This document shows, one piece after another, positions 23,076 to 31,900 of a stretch of DNA of 43,714 nucleotides. How positions within the stretch are numbered: position 1 is the first letter of the stretch; each line of letters starts with the position of its first letter. Source of the DNA: a virus (taxonomy: Duplodnaviria; Caudoviricetes). The stretch spans positions 1 to 43,714 of IMG/VR virus record IMGVR_UViG_3300044508_000045; one strand, written 5' to 3'. Below the pieces are notes generated by a model. It ran no database searches and was not told the origin of the DNA. It saw only the letters and a list, made by a program, of their open reading frames with translations. The position numbers were made by a program, and so were the translations under genes.

Positions 23076-23960
23076 ATGTCCGAGACCGCCATCCAGAAGC
23101 CCACCGCGCCGAAGGGCGCCCTCGCCACCATCCGCGACCTGCTCGAGCAGGCCCGGCCGAAGCTCGCGGAGGTCACCCCGAAGCACCTCACCCCGGACCG
23201 CCTGATCCGAGTCGCCGTCGCCGCGGCCGGCCGGACGCCCGCGCTCCTGAAGTGCACGCCCGGGTCGCTGCTCAACTCCGTCATGCAGGCCGCCCAGGTT
23301 GGGCTCGAGCCGGGCAGCGCGCTCGGTGAGTCGTACCTGGTCCCGTACAAGGACACCTGCCAGCTCATCATCGGCTACCGCGGGCTGATCTCCCTCGCCC
23401 GCCGCTCCGGCCAGATCGCCTCCATCGAGGCGCACATCGTCCACGAGAAGGACAAGTTCCTCTGCAAGTACGGCCTGGACGCGAAGCTCGAGCACGAGCC
23501 GGACTGGAGCGCGAACCCGGGCCAGATCGTCGCCGTCTACGCCATCGCGCGCCTGAAGGACGGCGCGACGCAGCTCGAGGTGATGACGAAGGCGCAGGTC
23601 GACGCGATCCGGGCGCGGTCGAAGGCCTCGGGCTCCGGGCCCTGGACGACGGACTACGCCGAGATGGCGCGGAAGACGGTGGTCCGCCGGCTCTGCAAGT
23701 ACCTGCCGCTCTCCATCGAGATGGCGGACGCGCTCGCGATCGACGACGCCAGCGACGGGCCGGACGTGATCGAGATCCCGCCCGCGGCCGCCGGTGGGTC
23801 GAAGACCGAGACCCTGAAGGCCAAGGTCGCGGCTCGACTGGCTCCCGCCCCCGCCCCCGAGCCGGAGCAGCCCGCCGCCGAGACGCCTGCCGAGGAGCCC
23901 GAGGCCCAGCCCGATGGCGAGGACTGGGGTCTCGACAACGAGCCCGGCGCCCAGGGGTAA
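23076..23960 (+). CDS. recT: RecT-family recombinase
   Basis: PKHLTPDRLIR, LLKCTPGSLL...AAQVGLEP, YLVPY, CQLIIGYRGLISLARRSG, PWTTDYAEMARKTVVRRLCKYLPLS. Confidence 0.95.
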   Translation: MSETAIQKPTAPKGALATIRDLLEQARPKLAEVTPKHLTPDRLIRVAVAAAGRTPALLKCTPGSLLNSVMQAAQVGLEPGSALGESYLVPYKDTCQLIIGYRGLISLARRSGQIASIEAHIVHEKDKFLCKYGLDAKLEHEPDWSANPGQIVAVYAIARLKDGATQLEVMTKAQVDAIRARSKASGSGPWTTDYAEMARKTVVRRLCKYLPLSIEMADALAIDDASDGPDVIEIPPAAAGGSKTETLKAKVAARLAPAPAPEPEQPAAETPAEEPEAQPDGEDWGLDNEPGAQG

Positions 23961-23968
23961 CCGCTTTC

Positions 23969-24022
23969 GCCGCGGGCCCGGGTCGGCTCCCGCCACCCAC
24001 CCACCGGCCCGGGTCCCGCGGC
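23969..24022 (+). terminator. long GC hairpin after recT (terminator/processing site)
   Basis: GCCGCGGG-CCCGGGTCGG pairs with CCGGCCCGGG-T-CCCGCGGC. No U-tract; ends at the next RBS. Confidence 0.4.
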
Positions 24023-24033
24023 AGGAGGAACGC

Positions 24034-24264
24034 ATGGCCACCAGCTTCCAGTTCGTCTACCAGGTCCGCGACGAGGTCGCCGTCGTCCGGGTCTACGCGC
24101 ACCAGGACGGCACCGGACCGCTCATCGGCTCGCTGACGATGCCGCGCCGGCAGTGGTGGGAGCTCGCGCAGCTCCTGGGCGCCGGCACCTCGGCGACCCC
24201 CGCCGGCCCCCGCGCCGACTTCGTCCGGCTCGAGTCGCCGAAGGCGGAGGCCGCCAATGGGTAG
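24034..24264 (+). CDS. hypothetical protein
   Basis: AGGAGG RBS. Confidence 0.65.
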   Translation: MATSFQFVYQVRDEVAVVRVYAHQDGTGPLIGSLTMPRRQWWELAQLLGAGTSATPAGPRADFVRLESPKAEAANG

Positions 24265-24478
24265 CCTCGCCACCCTCCCCGCCTGCTGCGGCCCGGAGTG
24301 CGCCCGCAGGGAGTTCCTGCGCGACACGGCGATCGAGGCGGCGCGGAGGCTCATGGCCTGCCAGCTCCGGTACGAGACCCGCGAGCGGCACAACGCGGAG
24401 GATCGCCGGCTGGAGCTCGAGGACGCGTGGCAGACGTTCCGGGACTCGCTGCACGCCGAGCGGGTGCACCGTGGCTGA
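24257..24478 (+). CDS. hypothetical protein
   Basis: GGAGG RBS, overlaps neighbours. Confidence 0.6.
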   Translation: MGSLATLPACCGPECARREFLRDTAIEAARRLMACQLRYETRERHNAEDRRLELEDAWQTFRDSLHAERVHRG

Positions 24479-24707
24479 CCGCTGCCCTTCCTGCGGCGAG
24501 CCGGCCTTCTCCGCCGTCGACCAGGCTGGCCGACACCTGCTCCTGGACGCGGAGAGCTCCATGGCGGGGGCCTTCATCGTCTTCATGTCGACGCGGGCCG
24601 GCGAGCTGCCGCAGGCCCAGCTCGCGGCGCTGCCGTCCCCGGGTCCGCTCTTCAACCCGCACCACTGCCCCACCCCGAAGCCCACCCGACGCAAGGAGAA
24701 GCGCTGA
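24471..24707 (+). CDS. Zn-ribbon protein (CxxCG...HHC), paralogue-like of 25422..25739
   Basis: GTG 24471; RCPSCG...GRHLLLDAE...PHHCP. Confidence 0.6.
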   Translation: MADRCPSCGEPAFSAVDQAGRHLLLDAESSMAGAFIVFMSTRAGELPQAQLAALPSPGPLFNPHHCPTPKPTRRKEKR

Positions 24708-25225
24708 TGAAGCCCACCGGAATCCTGAAGGACGAGCTGCTCGACGAGCTGATCGCGAAGGAGCGGCTGATCTCGAAGATGAAGGACGCGCTCAAGGCCG
24801 ACGTGAAGCGCCAGAAGGAGAAGATCGGCGCCGTCGAGCAGCGCCGGGACGAGGTCCTCGACCTCCTGGAGGGGAAGAAGCACGACCAGCCGGCGCTGCC
24901 GTTCGGCGGCGCCCCCGGGAAGGACGGGAAGAAGCCGACGCCGCCGGAGCTCGTGTGGGACGTTCAGGGCGAGAACGACGTCGCTGAGACCCCCGCTGGG
25001 ACCTACTGCATCGAGAGCAGCAACCCCGGCTCCGCGAAGCAGTTCGTCGTCTCCTTCACGCCCCCGAAGGGGAAGACGAAGAAGCTCGGCGAGGAGTACT
25101 CGCGCCCGCTCGCCAAGCAGCTGGCGAGGAACCACTGGGTCGAGCTCGCGGCCAACGCGATCCTCGAGAACGCCGGCGACGGGAAGCTCACCGGCAAGAT
25201 CCGCGGGCTGGAGAAGGTGAAATGA
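24707..25225 (+). CDS. hypothetical Lys-rich protein
   Basis: AAGGAG RBS, N-terminal coiled coil, QPALPF motif. Confidence 0.75.
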   Translation: MKPTGILKDELLDELIAKERLISKMKDALKADVKRQKEKIGAVEQRRDEVLDLLEGKKHDQPALPFGGAPGKDGKKPTPPELVWDVQGENDVAETPAGTYCIESSNPGSAKQFVVSFTPPKGKTKKLGEEYSRPLAKQLARNHWVELAANAILENAGDGKLTGKIRGLEKVK

Positions 25226-25425
25226 TCGCCGCGACCCCGAAGCCCGTCAGCCCCACCCGGCGCCTCCGCGAGGCGCAGGGCCTGACCCGTGAGCAGCTCG
25301 CCGTTCGCGCCGGCGTCTCCAGCTCGACCGTGTACCTGGTCGAACGAGCCGGCATCCTCTCGCCGACGATCGCCGCCAAGCTGGCCGTGGTCCTCGGCGT
25401 CGACCCCGGGGAGCTCAGGCCGTGA
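25222..25425 (+). CDS. XRE-family HTH protein
   Basis: RRLREAQGLTREQLAVRAGVSSSTVYLVER...KLAVVLGVDPGEL. Confidence 0.85.
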   Translation: MIAATPKPVSPTRRLREAQGLTREQLAVRAGVSSSTVYLVERAGILSPTIAAKLAVVLGVDPGELRP

Positions 25426-25739
25426 CCGCGCCCGTCCACGAGCCGAAGGCCTGCCGGAGCTGCGGCGCCGCGATCTACTGGGCCCAGCTCGTGGACGAGG
25501 CCGGGGCCGTGGTCCTGAAGCCTGACGGCAGGCCGAAGGCGATCCCCGTCGACGCGCAGCCGACCGAGAAGGGGAACGTCCAGCTCTACGCGAGGAAGAC
25601 AGGCATCGTCGCCCGCGTCTTCGGGAACGACCAGGCGCAGCAGATCCGGGACGCTGCGTGGGCGCTGGGCGGGAAGCACTCCCTCCGCATGGCGCACCAC
25701 GCGACGTGTCCCCAGGCGGACCAGTGGCGGAGGACCTGA
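25422..25739 (+). CDS. Zn-ribbon phage protein (CRSCGAAIYW...PVD...HHATCP)
   Basis: Common phage motif; coupled to neighbours. Confidence 0.75.
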   Translation: MTAPVHEPKACRSCGAAIYWAQLVDEAGAVVLKPDGRPKAIPVDAQPTEKGNVQLYARKTGIVARVFGNDQAQQIRDAAWALGGKHSLRMAHHATCPQADQWRRT

Positions 25740-25975
25740 TGCGCGACCGCCTCATCCTGGTACTGGTCGTTCTCGTCGGCCTCGCCGGGGCTGTTGCTTC
25801 GTGGTGGATCCATCGCCTCGCCGACGCGCCGCCCCGGCTGGACCTGGGCCACGCCCTGGAGCAGTGCCGGACCTGGTGCGGCCCCGATCGCGCAGCCTGG
25901 AGGTTCGACGGCTCCGCCCTCGCCTGCGCCTGCGACGACCTTCAGCTCGGCGTCGTGCCCGCGAGGAAGCGGTGA
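25739..25975 (+). CDS. small membrane-anchored Cys-rich protein
   Basis: N-terminal TM LILVLVVLVGLAGAVASWW, then CxxxC...CxC. Confidence 0.6.
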   Translation: MRDRLILVLVVLVGLAGAVASWWIHRLADAPPRLDLGHALEQCRTWCGPDRAAWRFDGSALACACDDLQLGVVPARKR

Positions 25976-26065
25976 CCCATGCCCGACTTCTTCACGCTGA
26001 ACGGAGCGCCGGGCGACTCCGAACACGTACGTCCCGAAAGTGACCGGGGGGGGGGCAGCGATCCC

Positions 26066-26623
26066 ATGAGCCTCGCAACGGACCCAGCCACCGGCGCCGT
26101 CATCGACGAGATCGCCGACCGCTTCGCCGACGCGGACGAAGCCCGGATGCGCGAGTTGAACCAGCAGATCCGGGCGCGGCGCCACGAGCACGAGACGAAG
26201 CTCTGCCCGTGCGGCTGCCTCGCCCCGCTCGGCTCCTGCGACGCCGGCAAGCCCCGAGCTGCCTTGAAGACCTTCACCCCTGACCCGCCGGCGAACGTGC
26301 CGGCCGAACCGAAGGAGATCCCGATGCCCTGTTCCGTCTGCGGAGGCGAAGGCCACAACGCCCGGAGCTGCTCAAAGCGCAAGGACCCGAAGCCGGCGCT
26401 CCCCGCGAAGCCGAAGGCCGCGGCCGCGCCGAAGCCGCGGAAGGTGCTCCGCCGCGGCGCGACGGTGGACGTCGAAGAGCTGCTCGCCCGCCGGTCCACC
26501 CTCATCGAGGACCTCGCCGACGTCGAGAGGCAGATCGAGGACGCGATCGGCGAGCAGCAGGAGAAGCTCGACCGGATGCGCGAGGCCGTGGCGGGCGCCA
26601 CCAAGCGCGCGGCGGCGGCGTAG
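26066..26623 (+). CDS. zinc-knuckle (CCHC) and coiled-coil protein
   Basis: CSVCGGEGHNARSC, basic Pro/Lys linker, C-terminal coiled coil. Alternative starts at 25979 and 26324. Confidence 0.7.
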   Translation: MSLATDPATGAVIDEIADRFADADEARMRELNQQIRARRHEHETKLCPCGCLAPLGSCDAGKPRAALKTFTPDPPANVPAEPKEIPMPCSVCGGEGHNARSCSKRKDPKPALPAKPKAAAAPKPRKVLRRGATVDVEELLARRSTLIEDLADVERQIEDAIGEQQEKLDRMREAVAGATKRAAAA

Positions 26624-27004
26624 ATGAGCGCCGTGGACTGCACGACGTGCCGGTTCGGCGGCGACTGCAAGATCGTCATGCCGCCGCCTGGCGTGGAGTG
26701 TTCGTACTTCGAGGAGCGGATCCCGCTGGGGGCCGGGCGGAAGCTCGACGCCGGCAAGCCGCGCTGGGACCTGCTGCCCCCTGCGGCGCTCGAGGAAGTG
26801 GCGAAGGTGCTCGAGTTCGGCGCCCGGAAGTACGCGCCGGACAACTGGCGCAAGGTCGAGGGGTGGCGGTGGCGGTACGCGCGCGCCGCGATCGGGCACG
26901 TCTTCGCCTTCCTGCGCGGCGAGCGCCTGGACCCCGAGAGCGGCCTGCCGCACCTCGCGCACGCGGCGTGCTCGGTGCTCTTCGTCCTGGAGCTGGACCG
27001 GTAG
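26624..27004 (+). CDS. dATP/dGTP diphosphohydrolase N-terminal-domain protein (DUF5664-like)
   Basis: GRKLDAGKPRWDLLP...VAKVLEFGARKYAPDNWRK...GERLDPESGLPHLAHAAC. Confidence 0.88.
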   Translation: MSAVDCTTCRFGGDCKIVMPPPGVECSYFEERIPLGAGRKLDAGKPRWDLLPPAALEEVAKVLEFGARKYAPDNWRKVEGWRWRYARAAIGHVFAFLRGERLDPESGLPHLAHAACSVLFVLELDR

Positions 27005-27008
27005 CCCC

Positions 27009-27515
27009 GTGCCCTCTCCCGCCGCCATCGAGGTCCGGTACCTCTCCCCGCGGTCGCTCATGGCCCGGTGGGACTGCTCCAAGAGCTCGGTCTACCGGGC
27101 GCTGGACGAGATGGCGCGGCTCGGGCTCTACTCCGGCATCCTGGTCGGTCACGATCGGCGGGTCGCCCTGGCGGCGGTGGAGGCCTACGAACGATGCCTC
27201 GCAAGGCGAACGAGTCTTTCCGGAAGTGGCGCGTCGCCGGCCGCGTCGTCGGCCACGTCCGCAACGGCATCTTCTACATCGACCGCACCCTCCCCGGCGT
27301 CGGCCGCGTCAAGCGCTCCACGGGGCGCGTTGATCCTGCCGCTGCCGAGGAGGAGTACCGCCGCTTCGAGCGCGACCCCCGCCGCTACGTACCGGGCCGT
27401 GGTGGACCAGCTCTTTGGGACGAAGCGGTCCCGGACTACCTCAAGCACTCCGCGCTCGGCGCGCAGAACTCCGAGCGCCACGTCCGCAAGCAGGCCCGGT
27501 ACTTCGCGAACCTGA
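27009..27515 (+). CDS. xis: excisionase-like winged-HTH protein; low-complexity tail overlaps int
   Basis: YLSPRSLMARWDCSKSSVYR...RRVALAAVEAYE is an Xis/AlpA-type motif, directly upstream of the integrase. Confidence 0.7.
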   Translation: MPSPAAIEVRYLSPRSLMARWDCSKSSVYRALDEMARLGLYSGILVGHDRRVALAAVEAYERCLARRTSLSGSGASPAASSATSATASSTSTAPSPASAASSAPRGALILPLPRRSTAASSATPAATYRAVVDQLFGTKRSRTTSSTPRSARRTPSATSASRPGTSRT

Positions 27516-28234
27516 AGGCCTCCGGCCTCTTCCCCGGCCTCGACCACTTCACCGCCTCCGACGTCCGCGCCTACATGGCCTGGCGCTCCGGAGGAGGCGT
27601 CGCCGGTCGGAAGGTCGGGCGCCCCGCCGTCAACCGCGACCTCGCCGCGCTGAAGGCCCTCATGACCTGGGCGCGCGCCGAGCACCGCACGGTGAACGCG
27701 GCCGACCAGGAGGTCGCGCTCCTGAAGGAGGACGAGGGCGCGAACGCCCCGCACGAGATCCCGGAGAAGTCCTGGCGCGCGGTCCTGAAGCACCTCCTTG
27801 AGCGCTGGCGGCTCGCCGCCGAGGTCATCCTCGGGACCGGGCTCCGCTACGGCGAGCTCGCCCGCCTGGCTGCGACCGACCTCCGGCCAGGCGGGGTACA
27901 TGTACCCAGGACGAAACGCCGGAAGGCGCGCACCATCCCCGCCTCGATCCGGACCATCGCCGCCGCTCGCCGGCTGCTCGAGCTCGGCGGCGTCCCCGAC
28001 GACGAGGCCGGGCAGTTCGACCACCGGCTCCGCTGCGCATGCGATGAGGCTGGGGTCGAGTACTTCAGCGCCCACGAGCTGCGCCACACCTACGCCACCG
28101 TCGTCCTCCGGACCACCGGCGACCTGCGGGAGCTCCAGCAGCGGCTGGGGCACGCCAGCATCAAGACGACCGAGCGCTACCTGCACGCCGTCCGCGCGAC
28201 GGAGCGCCGCCGGAGCGTCGGGGCCCCCCTCTGA
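27194..28234 (+). CDS. int: tyrosine integrase
   Basis: VNRDLAALKAL, TGLRYGEL (R), RTK (K), HELRH (H-x-x-R), LGH, TTERY (Y). Confidence 0.95.
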   Translation: MPRKANESFRKWRVAGRVVGHVRNGIFYIDRTLPGVGRVKRSTGRVDPAAAEEEYRRFERDPRRYVPGRGGPALWDEAVPDYLKHSALGAQNSERHVRKQARYFANLKASGLFPGLDHFTASDVRAYMAWRSGGGVAGRKVGRPAVNRDLAALKALMTWARAEHRTVNAADQEVALLKEDEGANAPHEIPEKSWRAVLKHLLERWRLAAEVILGTGLRYGELARLAATDLRPGGVHVPRTKRRKARTIPASIRTIAAARRLLELGGVPDDEAGQFDHRLRCACDEAGVEYFSAHELRHTYATVVLRTTGDLRELQQRLGHASIKTTERYLHAVRATERRRSVGAPL

Positions 28235-28236
28235 GG

Positions 28237-28258
28237 CGGGTGGGACGCGGGCGGGACG
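28237..28258 (+). repeat. attP left arm-type sites (2 x 11 bp)
   Basis: CGGGTGGGACG-CGGGCGGGACG. Confidence 0.7.
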
Positions 28259-28343
28259 CGCAACCGGCTCCCGGTGACCCCAAGGGGACCGTCCATCCGA
28301 GAGATTCCGCTACTTTAGGCCCTGCCGGAGTCCCCTACGGTGC

Positions 28344-28388
28344 CTGTTAATCACCGGGTCGCATGTTCGAGTCATGCCTGGGGAGCCA
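28344..28388 (+). mobile_element. attP core = 3' half of tRNA-Asn(GTT)
   Basis: CTGTTAA anticodon loop, TCACCG, GGTC, T-arm GCATG-TTCGAGT-CATGC, CTGGGGA-G-CCA. No D-arm; lies about 110 nt after int. Confidence 0.9.
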
Positions 28389-28390
28389 AT

Positions 28391-28431
28391 AAAGACGGGG
28401 GCCTCGATCGCTCGAGGCCCCCGTCGTCTTT
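28391..28431. terminator. intrinsic terminator (replacement terminator for the host tRNA, probably bidirectional)
   Basis: Perfect 14-bp stem GACGGGGGCCTCGA-tcgc-TCGAGGCCCCCGTC, flanked by AAA and TCTTT. Confidence 0.85.
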
Positions 28432-28433
28432 CC

Positions 28434-28455
28434 CGGGTGGGACGCGGGTGGGACG
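28434..28455 (+). repeat. attP right arm-type sites (2 x 11 bp)
   Basis: CGGGTGGGACG-CGGGTGGGACG, same motif and orientation as 28237-28258. Confidence 0.7.
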
Positions 28456-28590
28456 TGGACACCCTCAGGAAGGCCCCTGGCTGCCCCGCTGGACGACGCA
28501 GGGCTCTTGCCGCTGGCTCGGGGCGTCCGGGATGGCGAACGCCTCAGGGCGGGGCAGCGGGCGCGACCAGAAACGCGCTACCCTGCCCTC

Positions 28591-28755
28591 ATGCGGATCG
28601 CCCTCGGGGTTCTTCTCGGGCTGGCTAGCGCCGGCTGGTTCTGGTCGATCGCGGCTCGGCGGAACGCCGGCACCATCAGCGAGCGGCGGCAGAGCGTTGA
28701 GGCGGTACTGCTGGTCGGGTTGTCCTACGTCGCGTCGCGCATCCTGTGGCCGTAG
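28591..28755 (+). CDS. small 2-TM membrane protein next to att (moron-like)
   Basis: MRIALGVLLGLASAGWFWSIAA...VLLVGLSYVASRILWP. TACCCT 6 nt upstream of the ATG. Confidence 0.5.
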   Translation: MRIALGVLLGLASAGWFWSIAARRNAGTISERRQSVEAVLLVGLSYVASRILWP

Positions 28756-28913
28756 CCCTCCACGCTCCGCCGCACGCACTCGACCGCGGCGCGACGGGCA
28801 TCGTCCCAGCGCGCCGGGTCGCAGCGGTGCTCCCCCTCCCAGATCAGGCAGGCCCGCTCGTGGGCCAGTTCGAGCACGTCCTCGGGCCAGTCGGAGACGC
28901 GGGCCGGAAGCAC
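28725..28913 (-). CDS. small protein, homologue of 5966..6151 (last late gene)
   Basis: GTG 2 nt after the upstream stop; SDWPED...HERACLIWEGE...ARRAAVECVRR. Confidence 0.6.
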   Translation of the reverse strand: MLPARVSDWPEDVLELAHERACLIWEGEHRCDPARWDDARRAAVECVRRSVEGYGHRMRDAT

Positions 28914-28915
28914 GC

Positions 28916-31900
28916 CTACTCCCACTTCGACGGGTTCCTGAAGAGCAGGTCCTGCACGGGTTCCTCGAGCTCGCCCTCCGACAGCCGCACCGCCCACTCG
29001 CCAAGGTTCCAGAGCCCGGCCGTCGGCAGGTGCGTCACCGTGCCCACCGCCGCCGAGAGCTGCCGGTAGTCGGCCGCCTTCCCGTCCCCGGCCGCGATGT
29101 CCTTCGCCCCCTCGAGTCCGCGAGCGATGGCGTCGAGCCACGGCGCGGCGCGGAGGGCTCGGTCCTCGAGCATGCCGCGGCCGAGGTCGCCGGCCACGGG
29201 GATGGTGCTGATGGGTAGCAGCGCCGCCTCGAGGGCGAGCCGCTTCGCCACATCCGCCTCGTCCTCGTCGTCCCCGATGCCGCTCATCACGAGCTGCTCG
29301 AAGACGACCGGCGCCAAGAGGAGCCACCAGGTCCGGGCGAAGACCTCGCGCGTCTTCGCCCAGCCGCTCTTCCCGGTCCGCTCGGTGAGGAGGTTGTAGA
29401 GCACGCTCCGGTAGCTGAACATCACCGTGAGCATCTTGAAGGCTTCGCCGCCGCGCTGGATCGCCGCGAGGTCCTTCACCCCGCCACCGGTCTGCGTCAT
29501 CCGCACGACCGAGTCGGCGTAGGCCGCCGGGTCCGTGTGCCCCTCCTCGAAGGCCTGCTCGCGCGCCGCGTACCAGGTGACAGCGTTCACCATCTTCTGG
29601 ACCAGCATGATCGGCAGGGCGCCCCACTCGATGATCTGGGCCCGGACCTTGTGGAGGTCGCCGAACTTCCCCTGGAGGGACACGAAGAGCTCGCGCGCGT
29701 CCCGGTCGAGCTGCTTGTCGAGGTGGCGGAACTCGCCGCTCTCCTTCATCACCTCGCCCCACCCCTCGCTCAGGAACTTTCGCACCCCGGATACGAGGTG
29801 CCGACGCCGGACCTCCTTCGCCGAGGTGAAGAGCCCGAGCGACTGCTTGATCCCGGTCGGGATCTTGCCGAAGAGGAGGACGACGGAGCTCCCGAACCGC
29901 AGGTGCCGCAGCGTCCGCGACCACCAGGCGATCGGGTCATGCACCGTGCCGTCGGCCGCGATGGCTTGCAGCCACGGGCGCAGGCCGGCGAGGTACTCGG
30001 CGCCCAGACCCTCGGTGATCGCCTGCCGGAGCTCCGGCACCTGGAGGAGCCGGTCCACGCCCCGGATCGGCTCGTAGTGGGTCAGGTAGTGGATCACCTT
30101 GTCGAGGTGGCGCGGGACGACGTCGAGCGAGAGCTCGAGCGGGCTCATGTCCTTCCCGCGGCGCTTCGTGAAGCCGTGCTCGACGACCGGGCCGAAGAAG
30201 TTGGCGGTCCAGAGGGACTGCGACTCCTCGAACTCGGCCACGTTCCGGCCCACGTCCGAGAGGTCGAGCGCCTTCACGATCGGGTAGTAGCCGCCGGAGA
30301 GCTGGGCCTCCGTCCCGTCGGATAGCACCAGGCGGAACGGCGTCGCCTCCACCCGCGGCGGCGCGAGGCCGGCGTGGCGCTGGTGCAGGTCCCGGATGTG
30401 GGGCCAGAGCGAGTCGACCGTCTTCCAGATGTTCTCGACGATCTCGACGTCGCCGGCGTCGAGGAGCTGGGCCAGCCGGGCCCGCACCTGCTCCTCGGTC
30501 CAGCCGTACCCCTTCAGGAGCCTCTCCCGGTTCCCGTCGTTCCCCATGTTCAGGACGACGGAGAGGACGTCCCGCCGCGTGAGGCGGACCATCTTCCCGA
30601 ACTTCGGAGAGTGGAGGAACCCGACCGTCTGCCGGTAGCGCTTTCGACGCGCCGCGGCGAGACCCTGGAACGGCATCATCAGCGAGCCGAAGACGGCGTC
30701 CTGGAGGTCGTATCGGGCGTTCTGGGCGTCGACCATCGGCTGGAAGAGGAGCTCGTGCGCGAGCCCCGCCGTCTTCCCGCCGTCGAGCTCGCGCGCCAGG
30801 AACTCGACCTTCTTCATCTCCGCATCGCCGCGGCGGAACCATGAGGCGATCCGCTCCCCGCGCGGCCGCTGGCCGGGGGTCGCGCCCTTCTCCGCTCCGA
30901 CGTTGGCCCGGATGCTCGCCGCGAGCTCGGCCGCGGTGCGGACCAGGTCCCGGCGCTCCTTGCCCAGGAGCAGCTTCCCCTTCAACCGGGCCATCGCCTC
31001 GACGTTGGCGAGAGCGGCCTCGACGCCCTGGAGCTCGGTCACCGTCATCTTGCGCCAGGACTTGAGCTCCGCGAGGTCCTTCAGCGCCGGCGCGACCGTG
31101 TCGCCGGAGGCCTCCATCTCGGCGACGTAGCGGGCGAGCGAGTCCCTCCGGCGGACGGCCTTCGCGCTCTCGGGCCGGAGCTGCAGCCCGTCGAGGATGG
31201 CGCGGACCGCGTCCACGTAGCGCTGCCCGGCCTTGCCGATCCGGGCCAGCTTGCCGACGTCCTCGAACCCGCGAGCGTAGGCCCTGATCCGCTCGACCTC
31301 CTCCTTCGCCCGGGCCGTCTCGGCCGCCATGAAGTGGTTCCAGAGCTGGCGCCACTTCGCGTCGTAGGCCTCCGCCCACTTCTTCGCGGCGACCGCCTCG
31401 ACGAAGGCCTTCGCGCTCGACGCCTCGGCGCGCCGGTACTTGTCCGGCCGGAGCTCGAGGTCGGTCATCTGGGCGACGCGCTCCTTCGCCCCGCGCCGCA
31501 GCGCCTCGACGGAGACCCGGCCGGGGCCCGCGGCGATCCGCTTCCCTGCCGCGTCGAGTTCGCGGCGCATGGCCGTCACCATGCCCTCGACCTCGCGCAC
31601 GGCCTGGACCGACATTTTCCCGAGCGTCGCGATCTGCCCCTCGGGGTAGCGCTCCGCCATGCGCCGGTCGGTCTCGGCCTTGACCCAGGCGTCCCGCCGC
31701 GGCGTGGTCACGAGCGCCTGGACCATCGCCGCGCCGTCGGCGAAGCCGAAGTAGGGGGCGAGGGTGTCGGGATCGAGGCCCCCCTCCTTGGCGATGAACG
31801 GGGTGAGCCGGCGGAGCCCCCGCGCGTCGGCGAGCCCCTCCAGCCCCTCGCGGGAGAGCTTCGCGCCGGCGATCGACTCGTCCACCGCCTGGCCGTCGAG

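Noticed and set aside
26624-27004. Z-base or other modified-base DNA pathway
   Set aside because: Only the diphosphohydrolase-like gene is present; no PurZ, DNA polymerase or other pathway gene is visible.
28331-28388. Functional tRNA-Asn gene
   Set aside because: The D-arm is absent and the acceptor stem pairs only 5 bp. Position after int fits an attP core.
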